From assembly GCA_965216875.1 (NCBI GenBank), contig OZ244207.1, forward strand, positions 5,440,001-5,504,000: a stretch of DNA of 64,000 bases, in the 5' to 3' direction. Positions 40,675 through 50,939 of this stretch are shown piece by piece. The notes below the pieces were generated by a model. That model was not told the DNA's origin. It was given only the letters and a program-made list of their open reading frames with translations, and did not search any database. Source of the stretch: Rubripirellula sp. GTDB taxonomy: Bacteria > Planctomycetota > Planctomycetia > Pirellulales > Pirellulaceae. The first letter of the stretch is position 1, and every line of letters starts with the position of its first letter. The translations under genes were made by a program, and so were the position numbers.

Positions 40675-40693
40675 GATCAAGTGAGCGCCAGCC

Positions 40694-42265
40694 TTACGCG
40701 GGACGTTTCTCGGCGATAATCCGATTGATTGCGTTGAGCATCGCCAGGATCGTGCTCTCGACGCTGTCGGTGCTAACGCCGACACCGCGATAGCTTCGTC
40801 CCTTGTGCTCGACTTCGAGGTTCACTTCGCCGATTGCATCGCGTCCGAGCGTGGCGCTGCGAACTCGAAAATCTTTGCAGACCACTTCGATGCCGGTGAT
40901 TTTCTCGACAGCCCAAAACGCAGCGTCGATGGGACCATCGCCCTGGTCAACACTTTCGGAACTCTCTTCCTCACCATGGCGCAGCGTCACGCGGACGTGC
41001 GGGGTCTTGTCGGTGCCGCTGGAAACTTCGTAGTTCACCAACGTCCACTCCCCTTCCCCGCCGCCACTGATTTGTTGCTGCACCAACGCGACGATGTCGC
41101 CGTCGTAAATCTCTTTCTTTTTGTCGGCCAAGATTTTGAATTGTTCAAAAACCGTTTGAAGTTGTTCGCCGGTCAACGTGAATCCGAGCGTCTTGGCGCG
41201 GTCTGCCAACGCGGCTCGGCCACTATGTTTACCGAGCACCAAGTCGGTCTTTGAAAACCCAACTTCCTCGGGCGACATGATCTCGTAAGTGCTTCGCTCT
41301 TTGAGCATGCCGTCTTGGTGAATCCCCGACTCATGAGCAAACGCGTTGCGACCCACGATCGCTTTGTTGCGTTGCACTTGAATGCCCGTGGTCTTGCTGA
41401 CCAACCGGCTCGCCGGAACAAGCTTGGTCGAATCGATCCGCGTTTCGAATTGGTAAAAGTCGCTCCGCGTTTTCATCGCCATCACTAACTCTTCGAGCGC
41501 GGCATTGCCGGCTCGTTCGCCAATGCCGTTGATCGTGCATTCGATTTGTCCGGCTCCGGCGGACACAGCTGCCAAACTGTTTGCGACGGCCATCCCCAAG
41601 TCATCGTGACAATGAGTGCTGATCACGGCCTTGTCGATATTCGGCACGCGGTTGCGCAACATTTTGAAGCGATCGTAGATCTCATTGGGTGTCGCGTACC
41701 CAACCGTGTCAGGAATATTGACCGTTGTTGCGCCCGCATCAATCGCTGCTTCGACCACGCGGCATAAAAAGTCGTATTCCGTTCGACAAGCGTCCTCAGG
41801 CGAGAACTCGATATCATCGCAGTACGACGCGGCACGTTTCACACCCGCAACGGCGCGCTGGACAATCTCATCAGGCGTCATCCGCAGTTTGAATTCGCGG
41901 TGAATGGCGCTGGTCGCAAGGAAGACATGGATCCGTGATTCGGGCGCGTGCTTGACCGCGTCCCAAGCTGCGTCGATGTCCTTGTCATTGCATCGTGCCA
42001 AGCCACAAATCGTTGAACCACGAACCGTTTGAGCGATCTGCTTGACCGCTTCAAAGTCGCCGGGGGATGCGATCGGAAAACCTGCCTCAATGATGTCGAC
42101 GCCCATGTCTGCAAGCAGCTGAGCCACCTCAAGTTTTTCGGCCAGGTTCATGCTTGCGCCTGGCGATTGTTCGCCGTCACGAAGCGTGGTGTCGAAAATC
42201 TTGATCATGCGTGGCTCGGGCGCCTGCGACGCATCCGTCTCTGGTTCAGCTTTTGGCTGTGACAT
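40694..42265 (-). CDS. leuA: 2-isopropylmalate synthase
   Basis: [42 protein letters not shown] regulatory domain. Confidence 0.98.
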   Translation of the reverse strand: MSQPKAEPETDASQAPEPRMIKIFDTTLRDGEQSPGASMNLAEKLEVAQLLADMGVDIIEAGFPIASPGDFEAVKQIAQTVRGSTICGLARCNDKDIDAAWDAVKHAPESRIHVFLATSAIHREFKLRMTPDEIVQRAVAGVKRAASYCDDIEFSPEDACRTEYDFLCRVVEAAIDAGATTVNIPDTVGYATPNEIYDRFKMLRNRVPNIDKAVISTHCHDDLGMAVANSLAAVSAGAGQIECTINGIGERAGNAALEELVMAMKTRSDFYQFETRIDSTKLVPASRLVSKTTGIQVQRNKAIVGRNAFAHESGIHQDGMLKERSTYEIMSPEEVGFSKTDLVLGKHSGRAALADRAKTLGFTLTGEQLQTVFEQFKILADKKKEIYDGDIVALVQQQISGGGEGEWTLVNYEVSSGTDKTPHVRVTLRHGEEESSESVDQGDGPIDAAFWAVEKITGIEVVCKDFRVRSATLGRDAIGEVNLEVEHKGRSYRGVGVSTDSVESTILAMLNAINRIIAEKRPA

Positions 42266-42315
42266 CGGTGGTTTCCCTGTGACCTTGTGTCAGTTGATGG
42301 GACGTGAAAAACAAT

Positions 42316-42347
42316 AAAAAAACCCGAGTCGCCGGGCGACTCGGGTT
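42316..42347 (-). terminator. attenuator terminator hairpin upstream of leuA
   Basis: mRNA AACCCGAGUCGC-CCG-GCGACUCGGGUU running into a U7 tract. Confidence 0.85.
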
Positions 42348-42395
42348 CCTTGTGTCTCTTTCGTTTAGACCGCCTACGGTCTGGACAAACCCTGA

Positions 42396-42455
42396 TCACC
42401 CGCCATTTCGGCGTTGCAGTAGTAGCAGCGATAGGATCAGGTTCGTGCGGTTCAT
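42396..42455 (-). CDS. leu attenuator leader peptide MNRTNLILSLLLLQRRNGG
   Basis: 19-aa ORF with 6 Leu, including a CTG CTA CTA CTG run, 48 bp before the terminator. Confidence 0.85.
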   Translation of the reverse strand: MNRTNLILSLLLLQRRNGG

Positions 42456-42711
42456 GGGCGTATGGTAGGCAGGAGGGTTTGGCCGCGTCAATGGTTCGCT
42501 TGAATTTGTTTTAACTTTACGTCTCGGCACTTTCCAACTCTGTGATCACACCGCCGCTTCGGTGGCTCGCCAGCGATCCCAGGATGAATGCCGTGAAAAT
42601 CGGCACAACCGTCACCCAATCCATCAGCCGCCCCCAATCTGAACTTCGCTCCGCTGTTCACCGAGCTAGGGTTTGGAATACACCCTCGTCTTCTCAACGT
42701 GAGAAAGCCCC

Positions 42712-43275
42712 ATGCTTCATTCGCGATCCGTTCTGCCCGCTCTAGCTTCACTCGCCCTCCTCTGTGCCGGTTGCCAACCAGCGCTCGAATACTCGGCCGA
42801 AGACCATCCGATGAAACGGTGCGCTGTCGGTTCGGGGGGATTCAGCTTCATGCACCCCGCCGGACTCAAACGCGTTCAACGATCCAGTGACCCACTCGGC
42901 TTTTATTTGACCGACGCCAAAGAACATTTCGCCATCTCGGTGGTCTGGGGTCCTGAAGGCGTGGATGCCCAATTCGTTGCCGAAATGATCGCTCTTTCGA
43001 TCGAAGGCGTTGAATCGATCGGCCAACCAGAAGCGATCACCATCGGATCGGCAACCGGCTTGAGCCAAACTCACCGACAATGGGATCGTTATGGCTACCG
43101 CCGCAGCAAAACGATTGTCGTCACCAACGCGAACGAGCGACTGATTTTCGAAATCGCCTACGCCGAAAACTACGAAACACAACTCGGGCCACTTGTCCAA
43201 CGTGTTGTCGATTCACTCAGTCACAAAGACAACTTTGCGATCCAGCGCGGTTTGGACGCAAGTCCTGCAACCTAA
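42712..43275 (+). CDS. hypothetical lipoprotein
   Basis: Signal peptide with lipobox-like LCAG-C. Confidence 0.65.
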   Translation: MLHSRSVLPALASLALLCAGCQPALEYSAEDHPMKRCAVGSGGFSFMHPAGLKRVQRSSDPLGFYLTDAKEHFAISVVWGPEGVDAQFVAEMIALSIEGVESIGQPEAITIGSATGLSQTHRQWDRYGYRRSKTIVVTNANERLIFEIAYAENYETQLGPLVQRVVDSLSHKDNFAIQRGLDASPAT

Positions 43276-43279
43276 CGGC

Positions 43280-43392
43280 GTGCCGGGCGCTGTGCCCGTG
43301 GCTTCACGGGCAATGTGCCCGAGGCCTCACGGCCAGCGCCTCACGAGAGGATGGCTTTTCCCATTCGTGCAATTCGTGTCATTCGTGGTTCC
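43280..43392. repeat. REP-like pair plus 9-bp periodic repeat
   Basis: GCCCGAGGCCTCACGGCCAGCG(C)CTCAC and a reverse GGAACCACGAATGACACGAAT copy. Confidence 0.65.
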
Positions 43393-43416
43393 CGCTTCCC
43401 TACCCGCCGTTCGTCT

Positions 43417-44505
43417 TTACGCGGCCGGGGCGGTCGCCTTCGGAATCTCTTTGCCTTGCATTTGGTAGACGTACCGCAACACTTCGGCAACCGCTTGGTA
43501 CTGTTCGGCTGGAATCACATCGCCGACCTCCACCGTTTTGTACAGCACCTGCGCTAGCGGCTTGCGTTCCACCACAGGGATTCCGTTTTCGAGAGCAAGG
43601 CGACGGATCTTTTGTGCGAGGACACCTGCCCCCTTTGCCAACACGATCGGTGCTGGCATGGATGTTGGATCGTATTTGATGGCGATTGCCAATTCGGTTG
43701 GGTTGCTGACGACGACGTCCGCTTTGGGGACCTCGGATTCAGCCCGTTGCATCATCATCTGGCGTTGGACCTGTTTGCGTCTGGCGGCGACTTGTGGGTC
43801 ACCTTCGGTCTCTTTGAGCTCGTCACGCAGCTCCTGGTCGGTCATCATCAGATCCTGCTCGTGTTTCCATTTTTGGAAGGCAAACTCGAGGATCGCCAAG
43901 ACAAACAATGCGACACCGATCCAAACACAGGTTCCCAGAATCGTTCGAAACATCGTGCTGGCGATTTGCGGGATCGTCAGCGACGCCATCGCGAGCACCG
44001 GATCGCGGTAGTGACGCAGCGCTGCAAACGCGACGCCGGCAATGATCAACACTTTGAAAAGCCCAAAGCCAAGTCGAGCAAGCCCCTGGACAGACAGGAT
44101 TCGCTTCGCGCCCGAAAGTGGGCTGATGTTGCTCATCTTGGGCGTGATTTTCTCGGTCGAAACGAGAATGCCTGTTTGAACCACGTTCACCAGCACGCCA
44201 GCGACAAGCATCGTCACCAACAAGGGAACAGCCGCGATCGCCAATCGACCGGCCGATCGCAGCAAAACGTTGGTCGCATCATTGGTTTGAAAATCTGCGA
44301 CGTGTGGCGCCGAAAGGGCGTCGGCGATCGCTTGAGCCATCTGCACACAGGCCGGTTCACCAAGCATCCAAAGAGCGGCCAGCGAGATCAGCAAGAGACC
44401 GGCCGACGTCAGGTCTTGGCTTTTGACAACCTGACCCTGTTCGCGCGCCTGACGACGCCGCTTGTCGGTTGCTGAGTGTTTCTTATCGCCACTGCTATCG
44501 GCCAT
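43417..44505 (-). CDS. flhB: flagellar export protein FlhB
   Basis: AREQGQVVKS, KETEGDP, NPTE at the NPTH autocleavage position, P.VLAKG. Confidence 0.96.
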   Translation of the reverse strand: MADSSGDKKHSATDKRRRQAREQGQVVKSQDLTSAGLLLISLAALWMLGEPACVQMAQAIADALSAPHVADFQTNDATNVLLRSAGRLAIAAVPLLVTMLVAGVLVNVVQTGILVSTEKITPKMSNISPLSGAKRILSVQGLARLGFGLFKVLIIAGVAFAALRHYRDPVLAMASLTIPQIASTMFRTILGTCVWIGVALFVLAILEFAFQKWKHEQDLMMTDQELRDELKETEGDPQVAARRKQVQRQMMMQRAESEVPKADVVVSNPTELAIAIKYDPTSMPAPIVLAKGAGVLAQKIRRLALENGIPVVERKPLAQVLYKTVEVGDVIPAEQYQAVAEVLRYVYQMQGKEIPKATAPAA

Positions 44506-44525
44506 CGATCAATGCCTCAAACCGA

Positions 44526-45311
44526 TTACCAGAGCGCGGCGAACTGGTCGGCCAGTGCGGCCAATTCGCTCTGAAAGATGAGACCGGCCGAACCGAGCGT
44601 CAACGCCGACACGACCAACATGGCTAGCGCATTGATACTCAAACCAATCGCCAACACGTTGATCTGCGGCAACGTTCGGCTCACCAAGCCTGTGACCAAA
44701 TTACTAAGCAGCAATGCCGCAATCACCGGCGCCGCCACACGTACTCCGGCCGCCATTCCTCGTGTCAATTGTTCGACGATCAGCGTCAACATCGAATCGT
44801 GAAACGTCACATTGCCGGCCGGCAGTGCATCAAAGCTGTCGACCAACACGCCCAAGATGACTCGGTGACCGCCAACAGCCAACATGACGGCGGTGACCAA
44901 GAGCCCAACGAGCCGCGCCATCGAAGGCATCGAACTTGAGGTGGTCGGGTCGACCGCGTCGCCCAACTGCATCCCGCCAGTACTCGTGATCGCTTCGCCG
45001 GCGAGCTGCAAGCCGGTGATCAACAGCTGGACGGTTGCGCCGATCAACAATCCGATCAATCCCTCGCGTGCGATGGCAATCGCAAGATCGACAATGTGAT
45101 CGATGCGTGGCAACGAGTCGACGGGCGTTTGCGCGGCCACCGGTGGCAAAAGCAGGAACGTGATCAGCAGCGCCAGAAACGCGCGCACTCGACGTGGCAC
45201 GCCCACACCAATCGCGGGCATCGCCATCAACAGCGTGCTCAAGCGGGTTAAGACGAGCACACCGAGGACTAGATGATCAACAAACCACTGGGCTAACGCT
45301 TCCATCGCCAA
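44526..45311 (-). CDS. fliR: flagellar export protein FliR
   Basis: E.LIG, GGH, SR..PQINV..IG; position in the fliPQR-flhB block. Confidence 0.93.
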   Translation of the reverse strand: MAMEALAQWFVDHLVLGVLVLTRLSTLLMAMPAIGVGVPRRVRAFLALLITFLLLPPVAAQTPVDSLPRIDHIVDLAIAIAREGLIGLLIGATVQLLITGLQLAGEAITSTGGMQLGDAVDPTTSSSMPSMARLVGLLVTAVMLAVGGHRVILGVLVDSFDALPAGNVTFHDSMLTLIVEQLTRGMAAGVRVAAPVIAALLLSNLVTGLVSRTLPQINVLAIGLSINALAMLVVSALTLGSAGLIFQSELAALADQFAALW

Positions 45312-45339
45312 TTAGCTCGTCACTACCTCGTGTCAATCG

Positions 45340-45606
45340 TCAGGGAGAGCCAGCGTTCTCGAAGATCGTCTGCGTGAACTCGACCATGCGTGTCACCAGC
45401 CAAGGCAAACACGCGATCAAGACAGCCGCCATCGCCAACAACTTGGGAACAAACGCTACCGTCTGATCCTGGACCTGCGTCAGCGCCTGCATCAATCCGA
45501 CGATCAATCCGGCTGCCATTCCGACCAACAACAATGGCGTCGCAATCACAACAGCGGCAAGCAATGTTGATCGACAAAGGTCGACGGCGGTGGGTGCATC
45601 CAACAC
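45340..45606 (-). CDS. fliQ: flagellar export protein FliQ
   Basis: QALTQVQDQTVAFVPK; GTG start after AAAGGA. Confidence 0.95.
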   Translation of the reverse strand: MLDAPTAVDLCRSTLLAAVVIATPLLLVGMAAGLIVGLMQALTQVQDQTVAFVPKLLAMAAVLIACLPWLVTRMVEFTQTIFENAGSP

Positions 45607-45647
45607 GTGATTCAATCCTTTTCTGCGAGACCTTGGGCGCAGTCCCG

Positions 45648-46571
45648 TCAACCAAGCGTCCCAAAGCTGTTCATCAACATCGTGACGACCAATCGCCAAC
45701 CGTCGACCAACACGAACAGCAACAACTTGAATGGCAATGAAACGACTTGGGGCGGCAACATCAACATCCCCATCGAGATGGTGACACTGGCGACAACCAG
45801 GTCGACGATCAAAAACGGCAAGTAGATTTGAAAGCCGAGCATGAACGAGGTTTTCAGTTCGCTCAGTATGTAGGCCGGCAACAACACTCGCATTGGCACA
45901 TCAGCAAAACTGCTCGGCACCGGCGAATCAGGCGACATGTAGCCGTAGAACAACAACACATCTTCTTGGTTCTGGGCCGTCGAGATTTGCCGCGACATGA
46001 ACTTTCGAATCGGAACCGAGCCAGCCTCATAGGCTTCGGTCAACGACATGTTCACTTCGGGATCGGTATACGGCTTGACACCCGCTTCGTAAACTTCGGT
46101 CCAAACGGGTGTCATGACAAACAGGGTCATGAACAGCGCAATGCTGGTCATCACTTGACTTGGTGGCAACGACTGCAAACCGAGTGCTTGTCGTAAAAGC
46201 CCAAGCACGATGATGATCCGAACATAGCAGGTCGTCATCAATAAGACGGCTGGCGCGAGGCTAAGCACCGTCAGCAGCAACAGCACCTGAAGCGTGCTCG
46301 AAAGACCTTCTGGGCTCGTCCACTCTTCAGGACCACCGCCAAGCATCTCAAGTGTCTCGACGGGAACTTTCACGGGCCCCTCCTGGGTCACCGTCACACC
46401 ATCGTCATCGATGCTGCTTCCCGATTTGAAAATCGTTGCGGCTGGGGCGCTTGATGGGCCCTGGGCGTTTGCTGCGTCCGTTGCGGTCTGCGCATACGCA
46501 GCCTGGCCCTCAAACGCGAACCCAACCAACACAAAAAGGACCAAACAACGAGCCAAAACGGAACGCTCCAC
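45648..46571 (-). CDS. fliP: flagellar export protein FliP
   Basis: [35 protein letters not shown]. Confidence 0.97.
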   Translation of the reverse strand: MERSVLARCLVLFVLVGFAFEGQAAYAQTATDAANAQGPSSAPAATIFKSGSSIDDDGVTVTQEGPVKVPVETLEMLGGGPEEWTSPEGLSSTLQVLLLLTVLSLAPAVLLMTTCYVRIIIVLGLLRQALGLQSLPPSQVMTSIALFMTLFVMTPVWTEVYEAGVKPYTDPEVNMSLTEAYEAGSVPIRKFMSRQISTAQNQEDVLLFYGYMSPDSPVPSSFADVPMRVLLPAYILSELKTSFMLGFQIYLPFLIVDLVVASVTISMGMLMLPPQVVSLPFKLLLFVLVDGWRLVVTMLMNSFGTLG

Positions 46572-46710
46572 CGCCAGGGGACTTCGAGCACAACTGTAGC
46601 GGTGGCGAGATTAGGAAAAGGGCCCGTCGGAGCGAAAGGCAGATGTCGGCAGGGAGGAAGCGAAACTTGAGAGGAAACCAAAAAGAATCGTGTTTCACAC
46701 GTTTCACATT

Positions 46711-46787
46711 CGTAGGGTGTGTGCTTGCACGCACCAACTCAATAGCGGACACCCATCAATCGGGTGCGTGCAAGCACACACCCTACG
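46711..46787. repeat. REPIN-like inverted GTAG-REP pair
   Basis: Perfect 25-bp inverted repeat CGTAGGGTGTGTGCTTGCACGCACC with a 27-bp spacer. Confidence 0.88.
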
Positions 46788-46793
46788 AGCCGA

Positions 46794-47258
46794 TCACGCG
46801 GGGTAGAGCTGGTAGAGCATGAGGTAGACGAGCACGCCCGTGACACTGACGTAGACCCAAATCGGGTAGGCGTAGCGAACAAGTTTCTTGTGGGCCACGA
46901 TGCGGCCCTTCATCGCCAAGAACACGGCACGAAGCACGAGAAACGGCACTGCGATCGCCAGCACCAAGTGCGTCAACAGGATCACGTAATAGGTGTACCT
47001 TGCTGCAACCGGCGCAATTTCGGGGTCGGTGGGAAATCGCTTATTCGGTTCACCCGTCGTTTGGAACAGAGCGACTTTGTGAAGTAAGTAGAGGAGCAGG
47101 AACAACGCGCTCACACTGACGGCGGTTAGCATCAGCTTTTTGTGTTTCCGCGCGTTGCCACCGCGAATGGCCTTAAAAGCCATCACTAACAAAACGGTTG
47201 CGATCGCATTGAGCGAAGCGGTCGCATGCGGAAGGTTGTCGGCGAGAAACGGCCACAC
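46794..47258 (-). CDS. DUF420 family membrane protein
   Basis: NA, HK..ML.A, FL..YL, H..LA, HKK..R...PIW.YVSVTG. Confidence 0.9.
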   Translation of the reverse strand: MWPFLADNLPHATASLNAIATVLLVMAFKAIRGGNARKHKKLMLTAVSVSALFLLLYLLHKVALFQTTGEPNKRFPTDPEIAPVAARYTYYVILLTHLVLAIAVPFLVLRAVFLAMKGRIVAHKKLVRYAYPIWVYVSVTGVLVYLMLYQLYPA

Positions 47259-47262
47259 AGTG

Positions 47263-47937
47263 CTAAGCGTCCTTGTTGATCAATTCGCGAATCTTGTCTT
47301 GCAACTGCTCGTACTGACGCTTTTCCGGCCACTGGTAGTAGCCAACAATTTCGCCTTCGGCATCGACCAAAACAAACTTCTCGGTGTGGAATTGTTTGTT
47401 CACCGGCAGACGATACATATCGGATCCGACACGTCGGATGTAGGTGAGATCACCCGTCATGAACAACCATTGATCCTTGTCGGCACCAAAGCGAGCAGCA
47501 TACTCACGAAGCTTTTCGGGAGTGTCGTTTTCAGGATCACAGGAGATCGCCACAAACCGCACCCCTTCGCCCTCAAAGGTCTCCTGGAGTTCCTTGAGCT
47601 TTTGGTTTTGCTGGATGCAAATGCTCGGGCATGTCGTGAAAAAGAAGCTGACGATGTAGGGCTGACCCAGCAGGTCATCAGTCGAAACGACTTCGCCGGT
47701 CCGTTCGGTCAACTCAAACTTATCCAACAACCTCGGACCACCGGGCGGCAAGGTGGGGTCACCACTGGATACTTCGGACGGGTCGAGATCGTTGCTACCA
47801 TCATCGGTGAAAACAACATCATCAGGGCCGGGCCCCGAATCGGTCGTCGACTCGGGAGCACCGCGCATTGACCGAACGACCAGTCCCAATGCGACACCAG
47901 TGACCAAGATGAAAGCGATATGCACAAACGTTTTCAT
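47263..47937 (-). CDS. SCO family copper chaperone
   Basis: FFTTCPSIC (CxxxC), DPENDTP, conserved His in FHTEKFVLVD. Confidence 0.93.
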   Translation of the reverse strand: MKTFVHIAFILVTGVALGLVVRSMRGAPESTTDSGPGPDDVVFTDDGSNDLDPSEVSSGDPTLPPGGPRLLDKFELTERTGEVVSTDDLLGQPYIVSFFFTTCPSICIQQNQKLKELQETFEGEGVRFVAISCDPENDTPEKLREYAARFGADKDQWLFMTGDLTYIRRVGSDMYRLPVNKQFHTEKFVLVDAEGEIVGYYQWPEKRQYEQLQDKIRELINKDA

Positions 47938-48018
47938 GAGCCTTTTCCCAATGAATTGTCGGTAAGGGTCAAGCGTCGGCCGACCCGGTTGCCAACCGGT
48001 GCATGGTGAGTGCAGGCA

Positions 48019-48912
48019 TTAGACCAGCACGTCCACTTTTCGACTGCCCCGCATCAACCACCACGCCATGGCAGTCGTTGCGACAACCGCCACCAGCGTG
48101 ACGATCCAACAGACGGCGGAACTCGGAGCGAAGCCTGCGGTTGAGAAGTCGACATTCGGATACAGCAACCGCCGCATCTCGACCATCGCATAACTCAGCG
48201 GATTCGCCCTCATGATACCTCCGAGGATCATTTGTCCTAGCGACGAACCGTCGCCCCACGCGGGAATCGGAAAGAACGATCCGCTTAGCAGCCACATCGG
48301 CATCAGACCGAGCATCATGATCGCGTGGAATCCCTGTGTGCTGTCCATCGGCCAAGCGACGATCATGCCAAGTGAACACATTCCGATTGCCATCAGGGCA
48401 AGCAATACGAGCAGCGGCCCCAACGACCAACTAAACGAAACCGTACCGACAACAAGTACAAGGACCAGGAACACAACCGCCTGCACCCATGCAATGGCGG
48501 ATCCACCGAGCACCTTACCAATCAACACAGGCCAACGGCCAATCGGAGCGACCAACACCGACTGCATAAACCCTTCGCGCCGATCTTCGATCACCGAAAT
48601 CGTCGCGAAGATCGCCGTGAAAAGAACAATCAACGCGATCGTCCCTGGCAGGAAGAACTGCATAAAGTCCTGCTGCCCCGCGCCTTCAAAACTGCCGCGC
48701 AAACCCGTTCCAAAAAGCACCCAGAACAACAGCGGTTGCACGATCGCCGCGGTCACGCGGTTGCGTTGGCGAAAGAAGCGAACCCATTCGCGCCGAGCCA
48801 ACATCCAGGCCGCGCCAAACCGCTGCGACGTCGACGGTGCGATGGCCGCGGGCGTGACAACGTTGGATTCTGGAAGTGACGTTTCGGTTTGTGCAGCAAG
48901 CGACATGATCAA
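48019..48912 (-). CDS. ABC-2 type transporter permease
   Basis: FFLPG, DRREGF....LVAP, LSGSFFP, NPLSY. Confidence 0.92.
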   Translation of the reverse strand: MIMSLAAQTETSLPESNVVTPAAIAPSTSQRFGAAWMLARREWVRFFRQRNRVTAAIVQPLLFWVLFGTGLRGSFEGAGQQDFMQFFLPGTIALIVLFTAIFATISVIEDRREGFMQSVLVAPIGRWPVLIGKVLGGSAIAWVQAVVFLVLVLVVGTVSFSWSLGPLLVLLALMAIGMCSLGMIVAWPMDSTQGFHAIMMLGLMPMWLLSGSFFPIPAWGDGSSLGQMILGGIMRANPLSYAMVEMRRLLYPNVDFSTAGFAPSSAVCWIVTLVAVVATTAMAWWLMRGSRKVDVLV

Positions 48913-49874
48913 TCGAACTGATGGCCAGTCTTGGCAATAAAGACATCTTCCAAACTTGGACGACCGACCGAAATCGAATCGGCAAGATCACCCAAACACT
49001 CGGCGATTTTCGGGACCAACTCGGCTGGCGAATCGGATTGAATGCGAAGCTGGTTTTGCATCCGCTGCGATGTGAGCGACAGTTCAACCGACAGCTTCTT
49101 TTCAGCTTGTTCGATCGCTGCGGTCGACACGGTGACAACCCCGGCACCAATCTCGCCGCGCAAGGTTGCGGGTGATCCATCAGCGATGCACTTCCCGTCG
49201 CAAAGAATCGAAACGCGGTCCGCCTTATCGGCTTCCTCGAGCAAATGGGTCGTCAACACCACCGCCACGCCGTCATCGGCCATGGCTCTTAGTGCATTCC
49301 AAAGGCTGATGCGAGCAGCCGGGTCGAGGCCCGTGCTCGGTTCATCCAGTAGCATCAGTTTCGGGCGATGAAGCATCCCTTTGGCTAGTTCAACCCGACG
49401 CCGCATTCCGCCCGAAAGCGACTCGCAAAGATCGCCTCGCCGATCGATCAGTTCCATCTTCTCGAGGCATTCGTCCCGTCGCTGGCGAAGTTGCTGGCCA
49501 TGAATGCCGTAGAGTGCAGCTTGGCAGGCAAGGTTTTCGTCAACCGTTAGTTTTTTGTCCAAGCTTGGCGATTGAAAAACGATCCCGATGCGCGACCGCA
49601 CATCAAGCGCGCCCGAGGCAACATCGATTCCGTCGATCGAAACGCTGCCTTCTTGAATTGGCAGCAGTGTGCACAGAAGGCGAAAGAGCGTCGTCTTTCC
49701 GCTTCCATTGGGACCAAGCAGTGCCGAGATCTCACCGGCGCGTGCCGAGTAGTCAACGCCAGCGAGTGCAACGTGATCGGCATACCGATGATGCAGCTGC
49801 CTGACTTGGCACACGAGATCGTTGCGAGAGGTGTCAGCGACCTGCGCAGAATCGGCCGTTTCGATCGCGTTCAC
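48909..49874 (-). CDS. ABC transporter ATP-binding protein
   Basis: GPNGSGKTT, LSGGM, LLDEP, TTH. Confidence 0.96.
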   Translation of the reverse strand: MNAIETADSAQVADTSRNDLVCQVRQLHHRYADHVALAGVDYSARAGEISALLGPNGSGKTTLFRLLCTLLPIQEGSVSIDGIDVASGALDVRSRIGIVFQSPSLDKKLTVDENLACQAALYGIHGQQLRQRRDECLEKMELIDRRGDLCESLSGGMRRRVELAKGMLHRPKLMLLDEPSTGLDPAARISLWNALRAMADDGVAVVLTTHLLEEADKADRVSILCDGKCIADGSPATLRGEIGAGVVTVSTAAIEQAEKKLSVELSLTSQRMQNQLRIQSDSPAELVPKIAECLGDLADSISVGRPSLEDVFIAKTGHQFD

Positions 49875-49883
49875 AGCGGCTGC

Positions 49884-50927
49884 TCACCAAAAGACGCGCA
49901 ACGTCACGATTGCCAACACGGCTGGCAAGACCAGCAACGACGAACGCAAGAGCTTTCGCGCCAGTGCATCGTTGGGATCGCCAGCAAAACGTAGCGATGC
50001 TTTGAGCATGGGATAGCCGCTGGCAAAGACACAGGCTGAACCGATCACGGCGCCAACCACACCACTTGGAATCCAACACAGGGTAATTCCACACGCGATC
50101 AACGCGATCGAACCAGCAATGCTCTGATAGGCCGCCGAGCGTCCGGTCGGCTCAACGGTCGTCGTCATGCAAAAACCAGCTTCACCGTATTGGCGTCGAT
50201 ACATCCATGCGATCGCCATGAAGTGCGGGTATTGCCAAGCGACCAAAACACCGACAAGCAGCCATGCGGTCCAATCGGTTAGTCCGCCACCCATTGCCGT
50301 GTAGCCAATCAGAACAGGCAAGGCACCGGCCACAGCGCCCACCGTGGTGTTCCATGCCGTGCGAGTCTTCATCGGTGTGTAGACCAACACGTACATCAAC
50401 CAAGTCACCGCGCCAGCGGCAGCCGGTTCGACACCAAAGCGAGCCGCCAACAACCAGGTTCCAGCGATTCCAAGCGTCGCGGTGTAGATCGAAGCCGGCA
50501 ACAGTTTCATGCGACCATCGGGCAGCGGACGCGTCGCGGTCCGCCCCATCCGTCGATCAATGTCATGTTCCCAAATCTGATTTGCTGCACCAGCGCTGGC
50601 TGCCACCAAGCCGGTTCCAAGCATCAACCAACAGAGGGCCGCGAGCGGGATCCAACCGCCGGCGGCGATCATTCCCGTTGCCATCGTTGTGACAAGGATC
50701 ATCACGACGATGCGTGGCTTGGTCAGCTGGACATAATCCGAAAGCACCGCCGACAAAGTAACCGCGGTCGACGCCGTGATCTCTTGCACGTCCGCACTCC
50801 CCTGACCTGCCGTTGCACACACACCTGATCCCATCGGACTCGACTCGCTGATCGTAGACGATTCGCTGTCCACACCCTTCACAGGTGCATCCATCGCGGT
50901 ATCGATCGTCAAAAGGTCGGTCGCCAT
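49884..50927 (-). CDS. ctaB: heme O synthase (protoheme IX farnesyltransferase)
   Basis: LTKPRI, NQ..E..ID..M.RT..RPLP, YT.MK, WQ.PHF.A. Confidence 0.95.
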   Translation of the reverse strand: MATDLLTIDTAMDAPVKGVDSESSTISESSPMGSGVCATAGQGSADVQEITASTAVTLSAVLSDYVQLTKPRIVVMILVTTMATGMIAAGGWIPLAALCWLMLGTGLVAASAGAANQIWEHDIDRRMGRTATRPLPDGRMKLLPASIYTATLGIAGTWLLAARFGVEPAAAGAVTWLMYVLVYTPMKTRTAWNTTVGAVAGALPVLIGYTAMGGGLTDWTAWLLVGVLVAWQYPHFMAIAWMYRRQYGEAGFCMTTTVEPTGRSAAYQSIAGSIALIACGITLCWIPSGVVGAVIGSACVFASGYPMLKASLRFAGDPNDALARKLLRSSLLVLPAVLAIVTLRVFW

Positions 50928-50939
50928 TGGCTTACAAAA

